The position numbers and the translations under genes were made by a program. Below the pieces are notes generated by a model. The model made no database searches, was not told where the DNA came from, and saw only the letters and a list, made by a program, of their open reading frames with translations. Positions 23,037-33,131 of a stretch of 64,000 nt of DNA are shown one piece after another. Positions within the stretch are counted from its first letter, which is position 1. Each line of letters opens with the position of its first letter. Origin of the DNA: Fibrobacterota bacterium (lineage in GTDB: Bacteria > Fibrobacterota > Fibrobacteria > UBA5070); NCBI GenBank assembly GCA_029557215.1, contig JAKPQQ010000222.1, positions 18,481 through 82,480 on the forward strand. Reading direction: 5' to 3'.

Positions 23037-24425
23037 CTAGAACACGATCCTTCGTTCGGTGCCGCGCCAGTAGATTCCCGGCGGAGCGCGGTGCAACCCA
23101 CCCTCGGGAACCACCCTGCCGCGCAGATCCTGCCAAGGCCCCGTCGGAACCCGATGCGCGGGCACCTTCGCGCGGATTCCGACCGGGGTCGGATCGTAGG
23201 CGGGGTGCTCCGACAACAGTTCCTGCACGACCTGGGATCGACGAGTCACGAAATCCCGGATTTCTGCCTGCGACCTTGGGAACCGGACGGTTTCCGAATC
23301 GACCAAGGCGCCTTTCACGACCGCCTCGAGCGAATCCACCCGGCGATGCAAGGACGATTCTTCCAGGTAGGTGCCCAAGGCCTTCTGGTATTCGCCCAAG
23401 TACATCCGACGCCAGGCTTCCACCTTCATCATCCGCTCGAACAGCGGCCGGGACTTGGTCTCCAGCTTGTTGGGACAGTAGGTCCTGGGCCAGTTCATGA
23501 AGAACAGTCCCGCCGACACCCCCATGTTGTTGAGGCAGTAGCGGCCGGTCTCGAAGGTCCCGTCCAGGTCCCAGGGGATGACGTTCCATCTTCCGTTCGC
23601 GGGGTCACGATACAGCCAATAGTTCTTGCCTCGATTGGGGTAGCCGTCCCAGTGTCCCACGAAATTGGCCACCACCAGGTAGCGGATGAACGCGTGGACC
23701 TCGAAGCGTTCGGGCAATCCCCGCTCGAACTCCGCGTCGGAACTGCTGTCGATCCATTCGATCCACCGCCGCAACGCCGAATGGTCCAGCGAGTCCAACC
23801 CCGAATTGTTGGTCTTCTTCTGGTAGTGCCGACCGTAGTCGGAGTCGTGCGTTCCGAGGTTCGTCAGCTCCCCGAAGAACGCGGGGGTTCCCGGAATGTC
23901 GGTGGCCGCCTTGTACAGATCGCCCGCCGACGACCCCCATGCCGCCTCCAGCCAAGGCTTGTTGTCGGGGTCCGGGAATTCCAGGTAGATCCCCGATCGG
24001 ACTCCGTTCACGTGCAGCTCCACGTGCCGCGACGGCATGGCCGGAACCCCCGCCGCCGCCATCAGATCCAGCGTCAATTTCTGACGAAGGTGGGGCTCGA
24101 GGTTGAAGTTCCACTCGCGGTATCCGCGGTACGGCGTCGCCTTGGCGGTCTTGACCTTCCAGTTGCGGGGACCGTCGCGGTCCTGCAGGAGGTTCCGCAG
24201 GCTGTAGGCCCCCCGGTAGCTCGCCGTCGCCTGGAACGTGTCCCCGGCCGACACGAAGCGGGCGGGCACCTTGCCGGCGAAGAATGGATCCGATTCCAGG
24301 TAGGCGATGTCGGCGGAATCGACGAGGATCTCCACGCGATCCAACGCGAATCCGCCACCGGCCAAGCACATCGGGAGCAGCATCCTGGCGATCCAGGTCT
24401 TTGGAATCGAGTAAACGCGATCCAT
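23037..24425 (-). CDS. CotH-family atypical protein kinase-like protein, secreted
   Basis: 462 aa from ATG M41; signal peptide; CotH-like core (YRDPANGRWNVIPWDLDGTF, NYWLY). Confidence 0.7.
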   Translation of the reverse strand: MDRVYSIPKTWIARMLLPMCLAGGGFALDRVEILVDSADIAYLESDPFFAGKVPARFVSAGDTFQATASYRGAYSLRNLLQDRDGPRNWKVKTAKATPYRGYREWNFNLEPHLRQKLTLDLMAAAGVPAMPSRHVELHVNGVRSGIYLEFPDPDNKPWLEAAWGSSAGDLYKAATDIPGTPAFFGELTNLGTHDSDYGRHYQKKTNNSGLDSLDHSALRRWIEWIDSSSDAEFERGLPERFEVHAFIRYLVVANFVGHWDGYPNRGKNYWLYRDPANGRWNVIPWDLDGTFETGRYCLNNMGVSAGLFFMNWPRTYCPNKLETKSRPLFERMMKVEAWRRMYLGEYQKALGTYLEESSLHRRVDSLEAVVKGALVDSETVRFPRSQAEIRDFVTRRSQVVQELLSEHPAYDPTPVGIRAKVPAHRVPTGPWQDLRGRVVPEGGLHRAPPGIYWRGTERRIVF

Positions 24426-24591
24426 GGGTAACAAAAGGGTACTGCCGGAACGTCCGCGCGGGTGGTCGTTTCGGCAAATCCCCGAACACGGCGCGTGCGC
24501 GATCGACCGGACCCGTGGAACCGTCGGCGTCCGGTATCGGGACACGACGGGAAACGGGGGAAAGGCTTGTCGACTTACACCGGCCTATTTC

Positions 24592-24610
24592 TTTGATCCT
24601 CTCCATCAAA
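24592..24610. promoter_or_regulatory. Inverted repeat TTTGAT-N7-ATCAAA in the 400-bp region upstream of the che operon
   Basis: Read from sequence; lies in the only AT-rich patch of the CotH/cheB divergent region. Confidence 0.25.
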
Positions 24611-24831
24611 TTTTTTGGCCATGCCGGTCGATTCGAGGTTCCCGCTGCGAGGCAGGCATCCTCTAGGCGACCAGGTCCCGGCCGAGACGAAAAGGTTTAT
24701 CAGGTCAAAGCACAAGTTACCGGAAGCGAACAAGCCCGGAAGGGAAGATACATCCGAACCCCGCCGGAAGGAAATCGGGAATTCCGGCCGCGATTGCGGA
24801 AAGGGCTCGTCGAGTGGTACGATCTGGCACC

Positions 24832-26070
24832 ATGGCCGAATCCGAATCCGACGACAGGCTGGACGTGCTGGTGGTGGACGACTCGCCCACCTACAGGATG
24901 ATCCTGTCGCGCACCCTGAAGGGCTGCCCGTTCGCGCGATTGGCGGGATCGGCCGTGGACGGCGAGGCGGCCCTGCTGGCCATCGCCGAAAAACGTCCGG
25001 ACCTGGTGCTGCTCGACGTCTCCATGCCCGTGCTGGACGGGATCGAAACGCTCAAGAGGATCCGCGCGAAATGGCACGACGTCGACGTCGTGATGTGCTC
25101 GGGCGTGGACCAGAACCAGACCGGGCTCACGATGCAGGCGCTCTCGCTGGGGGCGCTTGACTTCGTGCCCAAGCCGCAGGGCGACAACCCCGCCGAAAGC
25201 TTCGCCGCGCTGGGCGCGGCGCTGCATCCGCTCCTGGAGCTCGCCATGGGGCGACGCAACGCCAGGCGCGCGCGTTCGTCGCCCGCGAAAGCGATCCCGC
25301 GGCCACCCTCGCCGATCGGCGAAGCTCCACCGGCCCGCGCCGCTAGGCCGGAATCCGTCCATCCCGTCCCGACGGCCTCCGCGCCGGCTCCGACCTCGGC
25401 CAAGCCTCCGGTCGCGACCAGATCGTCGACGCTTCCGCAGGCCGTGCCGCCCACGGGAGGCCCGGGAAGGCGCCCCCCCGCCCGGGTCGAACTGGTCGTG
25501 GTCGGCGTGTCGACGGGCGGCCCCAACGCGCTCCAGGCCATGGTCCCGAGGATCCCGGAGGGGTTCCCCGCGCCGATCGTGTGCGTGCAGCACATGCCTC
25601 CGCTGTTCACCGCCTCGCTGGCCGAGCGGCTGGACCGCGCATCGAAGATCCGGGTGATGGAAGCCGCCGAAGGCATGGTCGCCCTCCCGGGACACATGTA
25701 CATCGCCCAGGGGGGCCGGCATCTCGACGTCGTGCGCGGCGCCGACGGCCGGTTCCGACTGAAGCTCCACGACGCGCCGCCTGTCAATTCCTGTCGACCC
25801 TCCGTGGACGTGCTGTTCGATTCCGCCGCCGCGCTGGGGATTCCCGGGATCGTGTCGGTGGTCCTCACCGGAATGGGCAGCGACGGCGCGGCGGGCGCGA
25901 GGAAGCTGCGCGAGAAGGGAGCCTGGTCGATCGCCCAGGACGAGGCGACCTCGGTGGTCTGGGGAATGCCCGGCGCGGTGGCCTCGCAGGGCCAGGCCGA
26001 CGAACTCCTGCCGCTGGAGAGGGTGGCCTCCAGGCTGGAGGAACTCGTCCGTTCCGGAGGCGCCAGATGA
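24832..26070 (+). CDS. cheB: Chemotaxis response regulator protein-glutamate methylesterase CheB
   Basis: REC (VLVVDDS..LLDVSMPVLDG) + Pro/Ala linker + methylesterase domain (VVVGVSTGGP, MPP..F, GMGSDGA). Confidence 0.88.
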   Translation: MAESESDDRLDVLVVDDSPTYRMILSRTLKGCPFARLAGSAVDGEAALLAIAEKRPDLVLLDVSMPVLDGIETLKRIRAKWHDVDVVMCSGVDQNQTGLTMQALSLGALDFVPKPQGDNPAESFAALGAALHPLLELAMGRRNARRARSSPAKAIPRPPSPIGEAPPARAARPESVHPVPTASAPAPTSAKPPVATRSSTLPQAVPPTGGPGRRPPARVELVVVGVSTGGPNALQAMVPRIPEGFPAPIVCVQHMPPLFTASLAERLDRASKIRVMEAAEGMVALPGHMYIAQGGRHLDVVRGADGRFRLKLHDAPPVNSCRPSVDVLFDSAAALGIPGIVSVVLTGMGSDGAAGARKLREKGAWSIAQDEATSVVWGMPGAVASQGQADELLPLERVASRLEELVRSGGAR

Positions 26071-26903
26071 AGCTGGCCGGGAACGAATTCGAACTTCTCA
26101 AGGGCTTCGTGGAGAAGCACTGCGGAATCCACCTGGAGCCCGGGAAGGAATACCTGATCGAGACCCGGCTCACGGACATCGCGATCGAGCACGAATGCAG
26201 GTCGTTCTTCGAGTTCTACCAGAAGGCGCTGGCCGACACCACCGGCAAGCTGCGCAACCGGATCGTCGACGCGATGACCACCAACGAGACCTACTTCTTC
26301 CGCGACGACAACCTCTGGACGTACATGAAGGAGGTCGCGGTCCCCGCGCTCCTGAAGAAGGCCGCGACGGGACCCGTGAGGGTCTGGTCGGCCGCGGCGT
26401 CCACCGGCCAGGAGGCGTACTCCATGGCGATGCTCTTCGACGAACTCGCCCGCGCCCAGGGAACCCCTTCCCTCTCGGGAAACCTCGAGATCCTGGGGAC
26501 CGACATCAGCTCGGCGGCGCTGTTCCTCGCCATCTCGGGGCGATACGATTCGCTCGCGATCCGGAGAGGACTGTCCGAGGAGCGACGACGCAGGTATTTC
26601 CAGGAGCACGGATCGGTCTGGGCGATCTCCGACGAGATCAAGTCGCGGGTCAAATTCCGTCGATTCAACCTCATGGATCCCTTCGCCCCGCTGGGGACGT
26701 TCGACCTGGTCCTGTGCCGCTACGTGGCGATCTACTTCCAGGACGACTTCAAGAAGGACATATTCCGGCGCATCGCCGGGGTCCTCAAGCCCGGCTGCCC
26801 GCTGCTGCTGGGGGCGACGGAGATCCTGCGGGACCTCAACGACGAATACGAACCCGTCCTCCACAAGAACTGCACCGCCTATGCGCGAAAGCCGGCGAGG
26901 TGA
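26067..26903 (+). CDS. cheR: Chemotaxis protein methyltransferase CheR
   Basis: 278 aa; ETYFFRD, VWSAAASTGQEAYS, CRYVAIYF motifs; ATGA overlap with cheB stop. Confidence 0.88.
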   Translation: MKLAGNEFELLKGFVEKHCGIHLEPGKEYLIETRLTDIAIEHECRSFFEFYQKALADTTGKLRNRIVDAMTTNETYFFRDDNLWTYMKEVAVPALLKKAATGPVRVWSAAASTGQEAYSMAMLFDELARAQGTPSLSGNLEILGTDISSAALFLAISGRYDSLAIRRGLSEERRRRYFQEHGSVWAISDEIKSRVKFRRFNLMDPFAPLGTFDLVLCRYVAIYFQDDFKKDIFRRIAGVLKPGCPLLLGATEILRDLNDEYEPVLHKNCTAYARKPAR

Positions 26904-26905
26904 CC

Positions 26906-27286
26906 ATGCGAATCCTCTCCATCGACGACTCGAACTCCATCCGGCACGCCGTGCGGAAGATGCTGGAAGTCATCGGCGCCGAATTCTTCGAGGGGCACGA
27001 CGGCCAGGAAGGGCTCGAGGTGCTCGAGAAGGAAGGTCCGGTCGACCTGATCCTGCTGGACATGGAGATGCCCCGCCTGGACGGGATGGGATTCCTGGAG
27101 GCGGTGAAGAAGGATCCCCGCTGGAAGGACATCCCCGTGATCGTGGTCTCCTCGATCGCCCAGAAGGAACGCATGATCCGCGCCGTCCAGGAAGGCGCCA
27201 AACAATACCTGACCAAACCGTTCACATCGGAGCAGCTCCTGACCAAGATCGTCGACGCCCTCCATCTCGACGGTGACGTCGAATGA
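26906..27286 (+). CDS. cheY: CheY-like single-domain response regulator
   Basis: 126 aa; DD..D..K receiver (ILSIDDS, LILLDMEMPRLDG, YLTKPF). Confidence 0.85.
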   Translation: MRILSIDDSNSIRHAVRKMLEVIGAEFFEGHDGQEGLEVLEKEGPVDLILLDMEMPRLDGMGFLEAVKKDPRWKDIPVIVVSSIAQKERMIRAVQEGAKQYLTKPFTSEQLLTKIVDALHLDGDVE

Positions 27287-28188
27287 CCCGCGCGGAGATC
27301 ATCCAGCGCCTGCAGGGCGACGTGAGCCTCCCGGCCCTGCCCGAGGTGCTCCTGCGCATCGACAGGATGCTCAAGGATCCGGAGGTCGACATCAAGGCCG
27401 TCTCGTCCCTCGCGTCCACCGACGCGGTCCTGTCGGGACAGATCATCCGGATGTCGAATTCCGCCTACTACGCCAGGGGCGGCTCCCACCTGACCTCCCT
27501 GCAGCCCGCGATCCAGCGCATGGGCCTGCGCGCGCTCCGAGGGCTGGTCTTCGCCCTGACGCTGCCCAGGATGTTCCACGACGACGGCGAAAGCTTCCCC
27601 TACAGGGCGCTCTGGAAGCACTCCCTGGCGGTGTCCGCGTTCGCCGCCGAGCTCGCGACGGAAATCGGCGCATCGCCGGCCGAGCGCGAGAACGCCTGGC
27701 TCGGCGGACTGGTCCACGACATCGGGGCGCTCGTCCTGGCCACGCTCCAACCCCGCGAATACCACCGTTTCCTGCAGGACCTCCAGGAACGCTCCGACCG
27801 GTCGGCCCAGTGGAACGAGCAGGAGCTTCCCGACTGGGAGCGCGAGACGTTCGGGATCGACCATGCCGAAATCGGCTGCATCTTCCTGCGCGAACGATGG
27901 CGCCTGCCCGAACCGATCCCGGAAATCACGCGGCTGCACCACAGCCTCGGATGGAACGAACCCTTGCCGGAAGGCGTCGAACGAAGCACCATCCTTGTCG
28001 TGCATGTCGCCAACGGAATCTGCTCGCACTACGGGATCGGCTGGAATCCGGCGGAACAGGAAGGCCGCGCCTTCCAGGAATCCGCCTGGGAAAGCCTCGG
28101 GCTCGACCTGGACCGGGTCGAAGAACTCCTGGAAAAGGCCAAGACCAGCCTCGGCATCGCGGAAACACTACTGAGCGAAGGAGAATGA
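27283..28188 (+). CDS. HDOD-domain signalling protein
   Basis: 301 aa; LPALPEVLLRIDRMLKDPEVD...GLVHDIGALVL pattern of the HDOD family; ATGA overlap with cheY. Confidence 0.75.
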   Translation: MTRAEIIQRLQGDVSLPALPEVLLRIDRMLKDPEVDIKAVSSLASTDAVLSGQIIRMSNSAYYARGGSHLTSLQPAIQRMGLRALRGLVFALTLPRMFHDDGESFPYRALWKHSLAVSAFAAELATEIGASPAERENAWLGGLVHDIGALVLATLQPREYHRFLQDLQERSDRSAQWNEQELPDWERETFGIDHAEIGCIFLRERWRLPEPIPEITRLHHSLGWNEPLPEGVERSTILVVHVANGICSHYGIGWNPAEQEGRAFQESAWESLGLDLDRVEELLEKAKTSLGIAETLLSEGE

Positions 28189-28532
28189 CCATGGACGCAT
28201 CCCTGCCCGTCCTGAGTCGAGACGAAGCCCTCGGGCGCCTGGAAGGCGACGTGGAGCTGTGGAACGAGATCCGGGACATCTGGCTCGAAGACGTGGCGAA
28301 CCTGATGGAAGGCGTCTCGAGAGCGCTGGAATCCGGCGTGCCCGACGCCCTCCGCCGCGCGGCCCACGCCCTGAAGGGGGCTTCGGCGAACGTCGGGGCC
28401 ACCCGCGTCGCGGCCCTCGCCAAGACGATCGAACTGGATGCGACCTCGGCGGATTGGGACGCCCTCCGCGAGGGCGTGGACCGGCTCCGCCGGGAAGTGG
28501 AGGACGCCCGGAGACAGCTGGAGACCGCATGA
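28185..28532 (+). CDS. Stand-alone Hpt phosphotransfer protein
   Basis: 115 aa; AAHALKGASANVGA phosphorylatable His motif; SD gaaggag; ATGA overlap. Confidence 0.7.
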   Translation: MTMDASLPVLSRDEALGRLEGDVELWNEIRDIWLEDVANLMEGVSRALESGVPDALRRAAHALKGASANVGATRVAALAKTIELDATSADWDALREGVDRLRREVEDARRQLETA

Positions 28533-29650
28533 ACAACCGCGACCCCAGGCAACCGCGGGTTCTGGTGGTCGACGACGAACGACAGAACCTGCAGATGCTT
28601 TCGGTGGTCCTGCGCAACGAAGGATATCTGGTCGACACGGCGGATTCCGGCGAGGCCGCGCTCGAGCGCGCGCGGTCCACCACCCCGGACCTCGTCCTCC
28701 TGGACATCCTGATGCCCGGGATGGACGGATTCGCCACCCTGGAACGGCTCAAGGGGATCGCGGGCGCATCGACGATTCCCGTCATCTTCCTGAGCGGCCT
28801 GGAAGACCTCGAAACCAAGCTCAAGGGCTTCTCGCTGGGCGCGGTGGACTACGTGACCAAGCCGTTCCACATCGAGGAGGTCCGCGCGCGCGTGCGGATC
28901 CACCTGCAACTGGCCCTGGCGCGCCAATCCCTGGTCCTGGAACAGGCATCCCGCCTCCGGAGCCTGGCCAGCGCCCAGAAGAGGCTGCAGGTCCTTCCGT
29001 CGGATCTTCCCGAGGCGAACTTCTCGGTGCTGTACGAATCCGCCCAGGAAGCCGGAGGCGACATCTACGACGTGCTCGCCGTCGGGAAAGGCATCCACGG
29101 GTTCCTCGTGGCGGACGTTTCCGGACACGACGTGGGCACGAGCCTGCTCGCGAGCGCCGCCAGGGCCCTGTTCCGGCAGAACACCGGACCCATGTACTCC
29201 CCCGAGGAGACGTTCAACCTGGTCAACCGCGTCCTCGCCGGCTGGCTGCCTCCCGGACGTTTCCTGACCGCATGCTACGCCCTGCTCAACCGCAACACGG
29301 GCAGGCTCTCGGTGGTCGGGGCGGCCCATCCTCCCGCGGCCATCCTGGACGCGTCGGGCAAGGCCCGCAGCCTGGACGTGGAAGGCGACGTGCTGGGCGC
29401 ATTCCCCGACGCGCGGTTCGGCCGGATCGACACCCGCGTCTCGAAAGGGGACCGCGTGGTCCTCTACACCGACGGCCTCGTCGAGAACATCGGCGGCGGC
29501 AGGACGTGGAACACCGAGGGGGATCGCGTCCTGCGCGAGCTCGAACGGCTCTCCGACGTCCCGCTCGGGGAGCTTCCCTCGCGCCTGTCGGCCGGACTTT
29601 CCGACGGCACGAGGGACGACGACGTGTTAGCGCTTGCTTTCGAGGTGTGA
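28529..29650 (+). CDS. Response regulator fused to PP2C/SpoIIE-type phosphatase (RsbU-like)
   Basis: 373 aa; REC (VLVVDDE..LLDILMPGMDG..KPF) then PP2C block (GGDIYDV, GFLVADVSGHDVGTS, LYTDGLVE). Confidence 0.8.
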   Translation: MNNRDPRQPRVLVVDDERQNLQMLSVVLRNEGYLVDTADSGEAALERARSTTPDLVLLDILMPGMDGFATLERLKGIAGASTIPVIFLSGLEDLETKLKGFSLGAVDYVTKPFHIEEVRARVRIHLQLALARQSLVLEQASRLRSLASAQKRLQVLPSDLPEANFSVLYESAQEAGGDIYDVLAVGKGIHGFLVADVSGHDVGTSLLASAARALFRQNTGPMYSPEETFNLVNRVLAGWLPPGRFLTACYALLNRNTGRLSVVGAAHPPAAILDASGKARSLDVEGDVLGAFPDARFGRIDTRVSKGDRVVLYTDGLVENIGGGRTWNTEGDRVLRELERLSDVPLGELPSRLSAGLSDGTRDDDVLALAFEV

Positions 29651-29693
29651 AGGCGGGACACTATCCCTCGCAACAAGTCGATGGAGGAGCCGA

Positions 29694-29990
29694 ATGATCC
29701 GGTCCCAGAGCGCGGGTGGAAAAACCAGCGTGGCGCCCGAAGGCAACGTCGGAACGCAGGAAGCCGAGCAGCTCGCGAAGGCCATGGAGGACGCGATCGC
29801 GCAAGGCGACGAAGTCGCCGTGGACCTTTCCGCCTGCCAGGCCCTCTCCTCGTCGGCGATCGGGGCCATGATCGCCTGCCACAACGCGCTTCGCGCCAAG
29901 GGATCCAGGCTCCGCGTGCACGGAACCGGCGAAGAGATCCTGCGGCTGCTGCGGATCATGCAGCTCGACCGCCATTTCGACATGGCCTGA
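29694..29990 (+). CDS. STAS-domain anti-sigma-factor antagonist (SpoIIAA/RsbV-like)
   Basis: 98 aa; SD ggagga; VAVDLSACQALSSSAIGAMIACHNALRAKGSRLRVHG. Confidence 0.75.
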   Translation: MIRSQSAGGKTSVAPEGNVGTQEAEQLAKAMEDAIAQGDEVAVDLSACQALSSSAIGAMIACHNALRAKGSRLRVHGTGEEILRLLRIMQLDRHFDMA

Positions 29991-29999
29991 GGAGGCGAG

Positions 30000-32900
30000 A
30001 TGCCCGCGATGGAAATCGACGAAACCCTGCAACTGTTCCTCGAGGAGGCGCGCGACCACCTGCGCGACATCGAGACGGATCTGCTCGCGATCGAGACGGA
30101 AACCGGCCCCGCCGACGTGGATCTGGTCAACAAGGTCTTCCGCGGCATCCACTCCATCAAGGGTGCGGCCGGGTTCTTCGGACTGAACCGGATCAAGGAG
30201 CTCTCCCACTCCATGGAGAACCTCCTGAACCGCATCCGCAACCTGGAGGTGGTTCCCGGCCGGACGGCCATCGAGGCCCTCCTGAAGTCGGCGGACGTCC
30301 TCAGTTCGATGGTGGAGGATCCCTCGCGAAGCGAAGACGTCGAGATCGGACGCCTGCTGGAACTCCTGCGCGACGCCAACGCGACGCGCTCCAAGGCATC
30401 CGCGACGGTCGACATCCCCGATCCCCAGGGACGCGTGATCTTCCGCATCCCGGAAGACGACCTCGAACTGGCCCGCAAGGGCGGGAAGAACCTCTTCGTG
30501 ATGTTCTTCGACATGGTCAAGGACATCGACGCCAAGGGGATGCATCCGCTGGGCCTGGTGAAGGAACTGGAGAAGACAGGCCTGATCGTCGAATCGCGCG
30601 TGGCCCACGACGCCGACGGGAACCTCCTGGGCGATGCGGGGTTCGTCCCGTTCCACGTGTTCTACGCGACCGTGCTCGACCACGAGATGACCTGCCTTCT
30701 CACCGGACTCCCCCCGTCCAGCGTGGTGGCCTTCGACGGAGAGCGCAAACCCGTCGCGGCCGGAAAGCTCGTCGCGGCCGCGAAGAAGGCCGCGCCGAAA
30801 CCTTCCAAACGCGCCAGCCAGGCGGCTCCGCCGCCGGAACGGAAGACCGCGCCATCCACTCCGGTCGCGGATCCCGTCGTGACGGAATCCGACAAACCGG
30901 AACCGGAGGCGATCCCGGCCGGGGCGACGCCGCGGGGCGCGGCGCAGGGGAACACCTCGCCGTCGTCGCTTCGCGTGAACGTGAAGTCGCTGGATCGCCT
31001 GATGACCCTGGCCGGCGAACTCGTCCTTTCCAGGAACCAGCTGGTCCAGAAGGTGGGCTCGAAGAACATCGCCGAGATCCAGGCCAGCTCCCAGGGCCTG
31101 TCCCTCATCATCTCCGAGCTGCAGGAGGCGGTGATGAGCACGCGCATGCAGCCGCTCTCGATGGTGTTCGGGAAGTTCCAGCGCGTCGTGCGGGATCTCG
31201 CCCAGGACCTCGGCAAGGAGATCCGCCTGGAAGTGGAAGGCGAGGACGTCGAACTCGACAAGGCGGTCATCGAATCGATCGGCGACCCGTTGACGCATCT
31301 TGTCCGCAACGCCGTGGACCACGGCATCGAGATGCCGGAGATCCGGGAACGCTCGGGCAAGCCCCGCCAGGCCGTGGTCAAGCTCCACGCCTACCACGAG
31401 GCGGGCAAGGTGGTGATCGACGTCTCCGACGACGGACGCGGCATCGACACCGACGCGGTGCGGGAAAAGGCCGCCGCGCAGAAGCTCGTGGACCCGCAGC
31501 ACCTGGCGAACATGACCGAGAAGGAGCTGGTCAACCTGATCTTCCTTCCGGGATTCTCCACCGCGAAGGTCGTCACCGACATCTCCGGACGCGGCGTCGG
31601 GATGGACGTCGTCAAGACCAACTTCACCAAGCTCGGCGGCGTCATCGACATCGAAAGCCGCCAAGGCCGGGGAACCAGGATCCGCGTCAAGCTCCCGCTC
31701 ACGCTGGCCATCATCCCGAGCCTTCTGGTTTCGGTCCAGGACGAGACCTACGCGATCCCGCAGGTGAACCTGGTGGAGCTGGTGCGCATCCCGGCCAAAG
31801 ACGTGCGCAACCGGATCGAGCGGATCGGGGACGCGCTCGTCATGCGACTCCGCGGCCACCTGCTCCCGCTGCTGAAGCTCTCGCAGGTGCTGGGGATCGC
31901 GACCCCCACCTTCGTCCACCCCGAATCCGGGGAACAGAAACCGGACCGGCGCACGCGCGTCGACGACCGGCGCGGCCCCCGGGAACGCGAGACTCCGGAA
32001 GAAAAGGAACGCCGCCGCAACGCGGACCGACGCTACCACTCCGAGAGCGCGATCAACATCGCGGTCCTGTCGGCCGGGACGTTCCAGTACGGACTGATCG
32101 TGGACCGCCTCCACGAGTCGGAAGAGATCGTCGTGAAACCGCTGGGAAGCCACTTCCGCAACTGTTCCTGCTACGCCGGAGCCACCATCCTGGGCGACGG
32201 CCGGGTCTCGCTGATCCTGGACGTGGTCGGCGTCACCCGGTACATGAACCTGTCGGACGTGGCCGGATCGGACAGGAGCCGCGACGAGGAGTCGAGGCAC
32301 AGACAGAAACTGCGCGACGCGCAGTCGATGCTGCTGTTCCGCGTCGCCGAACACGAGCAGTTCGCGGTCCCGCTCTCGCTGGTCTCGCGGCTGGAGGTGA
32401 TCCCGCGCGCATCCATCGAGAAGATCGGCGGCCGCAGGACCATCCAGTACCGAGGCGGCAGCCTGCCGCTGCTGGAACTGTCGGAGGTGTCGCAGGTGCA
32501 CCCCCTCCCCGACCAGGACGAGTACTTCGTGGTGGTCTACGCGGTGGGCGGCAAGGAAGTGGGCCTGATCGTGTCGCGGATCGTCGACATCGTCGAAGCC
32601 TCGGTGGAGTTCGACGAGTCCACGTTCGCGCAACCCGGGATCATCGGATCGACGATCCTGTCGAACCACACCACGCTCCTGGTGGATCTCTACGACGTGG
32701 TCAAGACCAGCCTCCCCGGCCTGGTCAAGGCGCCGGAGCTGGACGCGGGAAGGACCGGAAAGGTCCTCGTGGTCGACGATTCGCCGTTCTACAGGCGCCA
32801 GATCGCGGGATACCTCAAGGAGTGCGGGCTCGAGGTGGTCGAAGCCGTCAACGGCGACGAGGCGCTCGCCCTGCTGGAAACGACCGGCGGGATCGGGCTC

Positions 32901-33131
32901 GTCCTCACCGACGTGGAAATGCCCGTCATGGACGGACTGGAACTGACCCGGCGCGTCCGTTCCATCGAGTCCCTGCGCCACCTCCCCGTGGTGGCCATCA
33001 CCTCGCTGTCCGGGGAAGAGGCCGAACGCCGCGGGCGCGAGGCGGGGGTCGACGGCTACCTGGTCAAGCTCGACCGCGAAAAGATCCTCGCCGAAGTCGA
33101 AAAACTCCTCCTGCGCAGGGGGCACCGATGA
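30000..33131 (+). CDS. cheA: Chemotaxis histidine kinase CheA with two CheW-like domains and a C-terminal receiver (CheA-CheY hybrid)
   Basis: 1043 aa; P1 Hpt (FRGIHSIKGAAGFFG), P3/P4 (HLVRNAVDHGIE, DDGRGID, GRGVGMDVVK), two CheW-like blocks, REC (VLVVDDSPFYRR..TDVEMPVMDG). Confidence 0.9.
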   Translation: MPAMEIDETLQLFLEEARDHLRDIETDLLAIETETGPADVDLVNKVFRGIHSIKGAAGFFGLNRIKELSHSMENLLNRIRNLEVVPGRTAIEALLKSADVLSSMVEDPSRSEDVEIGRLLELLRDANATRSKASATVDIPDPQGRVIFRIPEDDLELARKGGKNLFVMFFDMVKDIDAKGMHPLGLVKELEKTGLIVESRVAHDADGNLLGDAGFVPFHVFYATVLDHEMTCLLTGLPPSSVVAFDGERKPVAAGKLVAAAKKAAPKPSKRASQAAPPPERKTAPSTPVADPVVTESDKPEPEAIPAGATPRGAAQGNTSPSSLRVNVKSLDRLMTLAGELVLSRNQLVQKVGSKNIAEIQASSQGLSLIISELQEAVMSTRMQPLSMVFGKFQRVVRDLAQDLGKEIRLEVEGEDVELDKAVIESIGDPLTHLVRNAVDHGIEMPEIRERSGKPRQAVVKLHAYHEAGKVVIDVSDDGRGIDTDAVREKAAAQKLVDPQHLANMTEKELVNLIFLPGFSTAKVVTDISGRGVGMDVVKTNFTKLGGVIDIESRQGRGTRIRVKLPLTLAIIPSLLVSVQDETYAIPQVNLVELVRIPAKDVRNRIERIGDALVMRLRGHLLPLLKLSQVLGIATPTFVHPESGEQKPDRRTRVDDRRGPRERETPEEKERRRNADRRYHSESAINIAVLSAGTFQYGLIVDRLHESEEIVVKPLGSHFRNCSCYAGATILGDGRVSLILDVVGVTRYMNLSDVAGSDRSRDEESRHRQKLRDAQSMLLFRVAEHEQFAVPLSLVSRLEVIPRASIEKIGGRRTIQYRGGSLPLLELSEVSQVHPLPDQDEYFVVVYAVGGKEVGLIVSRIVDIVEASVEFDESTFAQPGIIGSTILSNHTTLLVDLYDVVKTSLPGLVKAPELDAGRTGKVLVVDDSPFYRRQIAGYLKECGLEVVEAVNGDEALALLETTGGIGLVLTDVEMPVMDGLELTRRVRSIESLRHLPVVAITSLSGEEAERRGREAGVDGYLVKLDREKILAEVEKLLLRRGHR

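Noticed and set aside
23037-24425. Interpreting CotH as evidence of sporulation
   Set aside because: No other sporulation genes in the window. CotH-family proteins occur widely outside spore formers.
24424-24666. 80-aa ORF in the CotH/cheB intergenic region
   Set aside because: No SD, no motifs. It overlaps the putative promoter region and is most likely non-coding.
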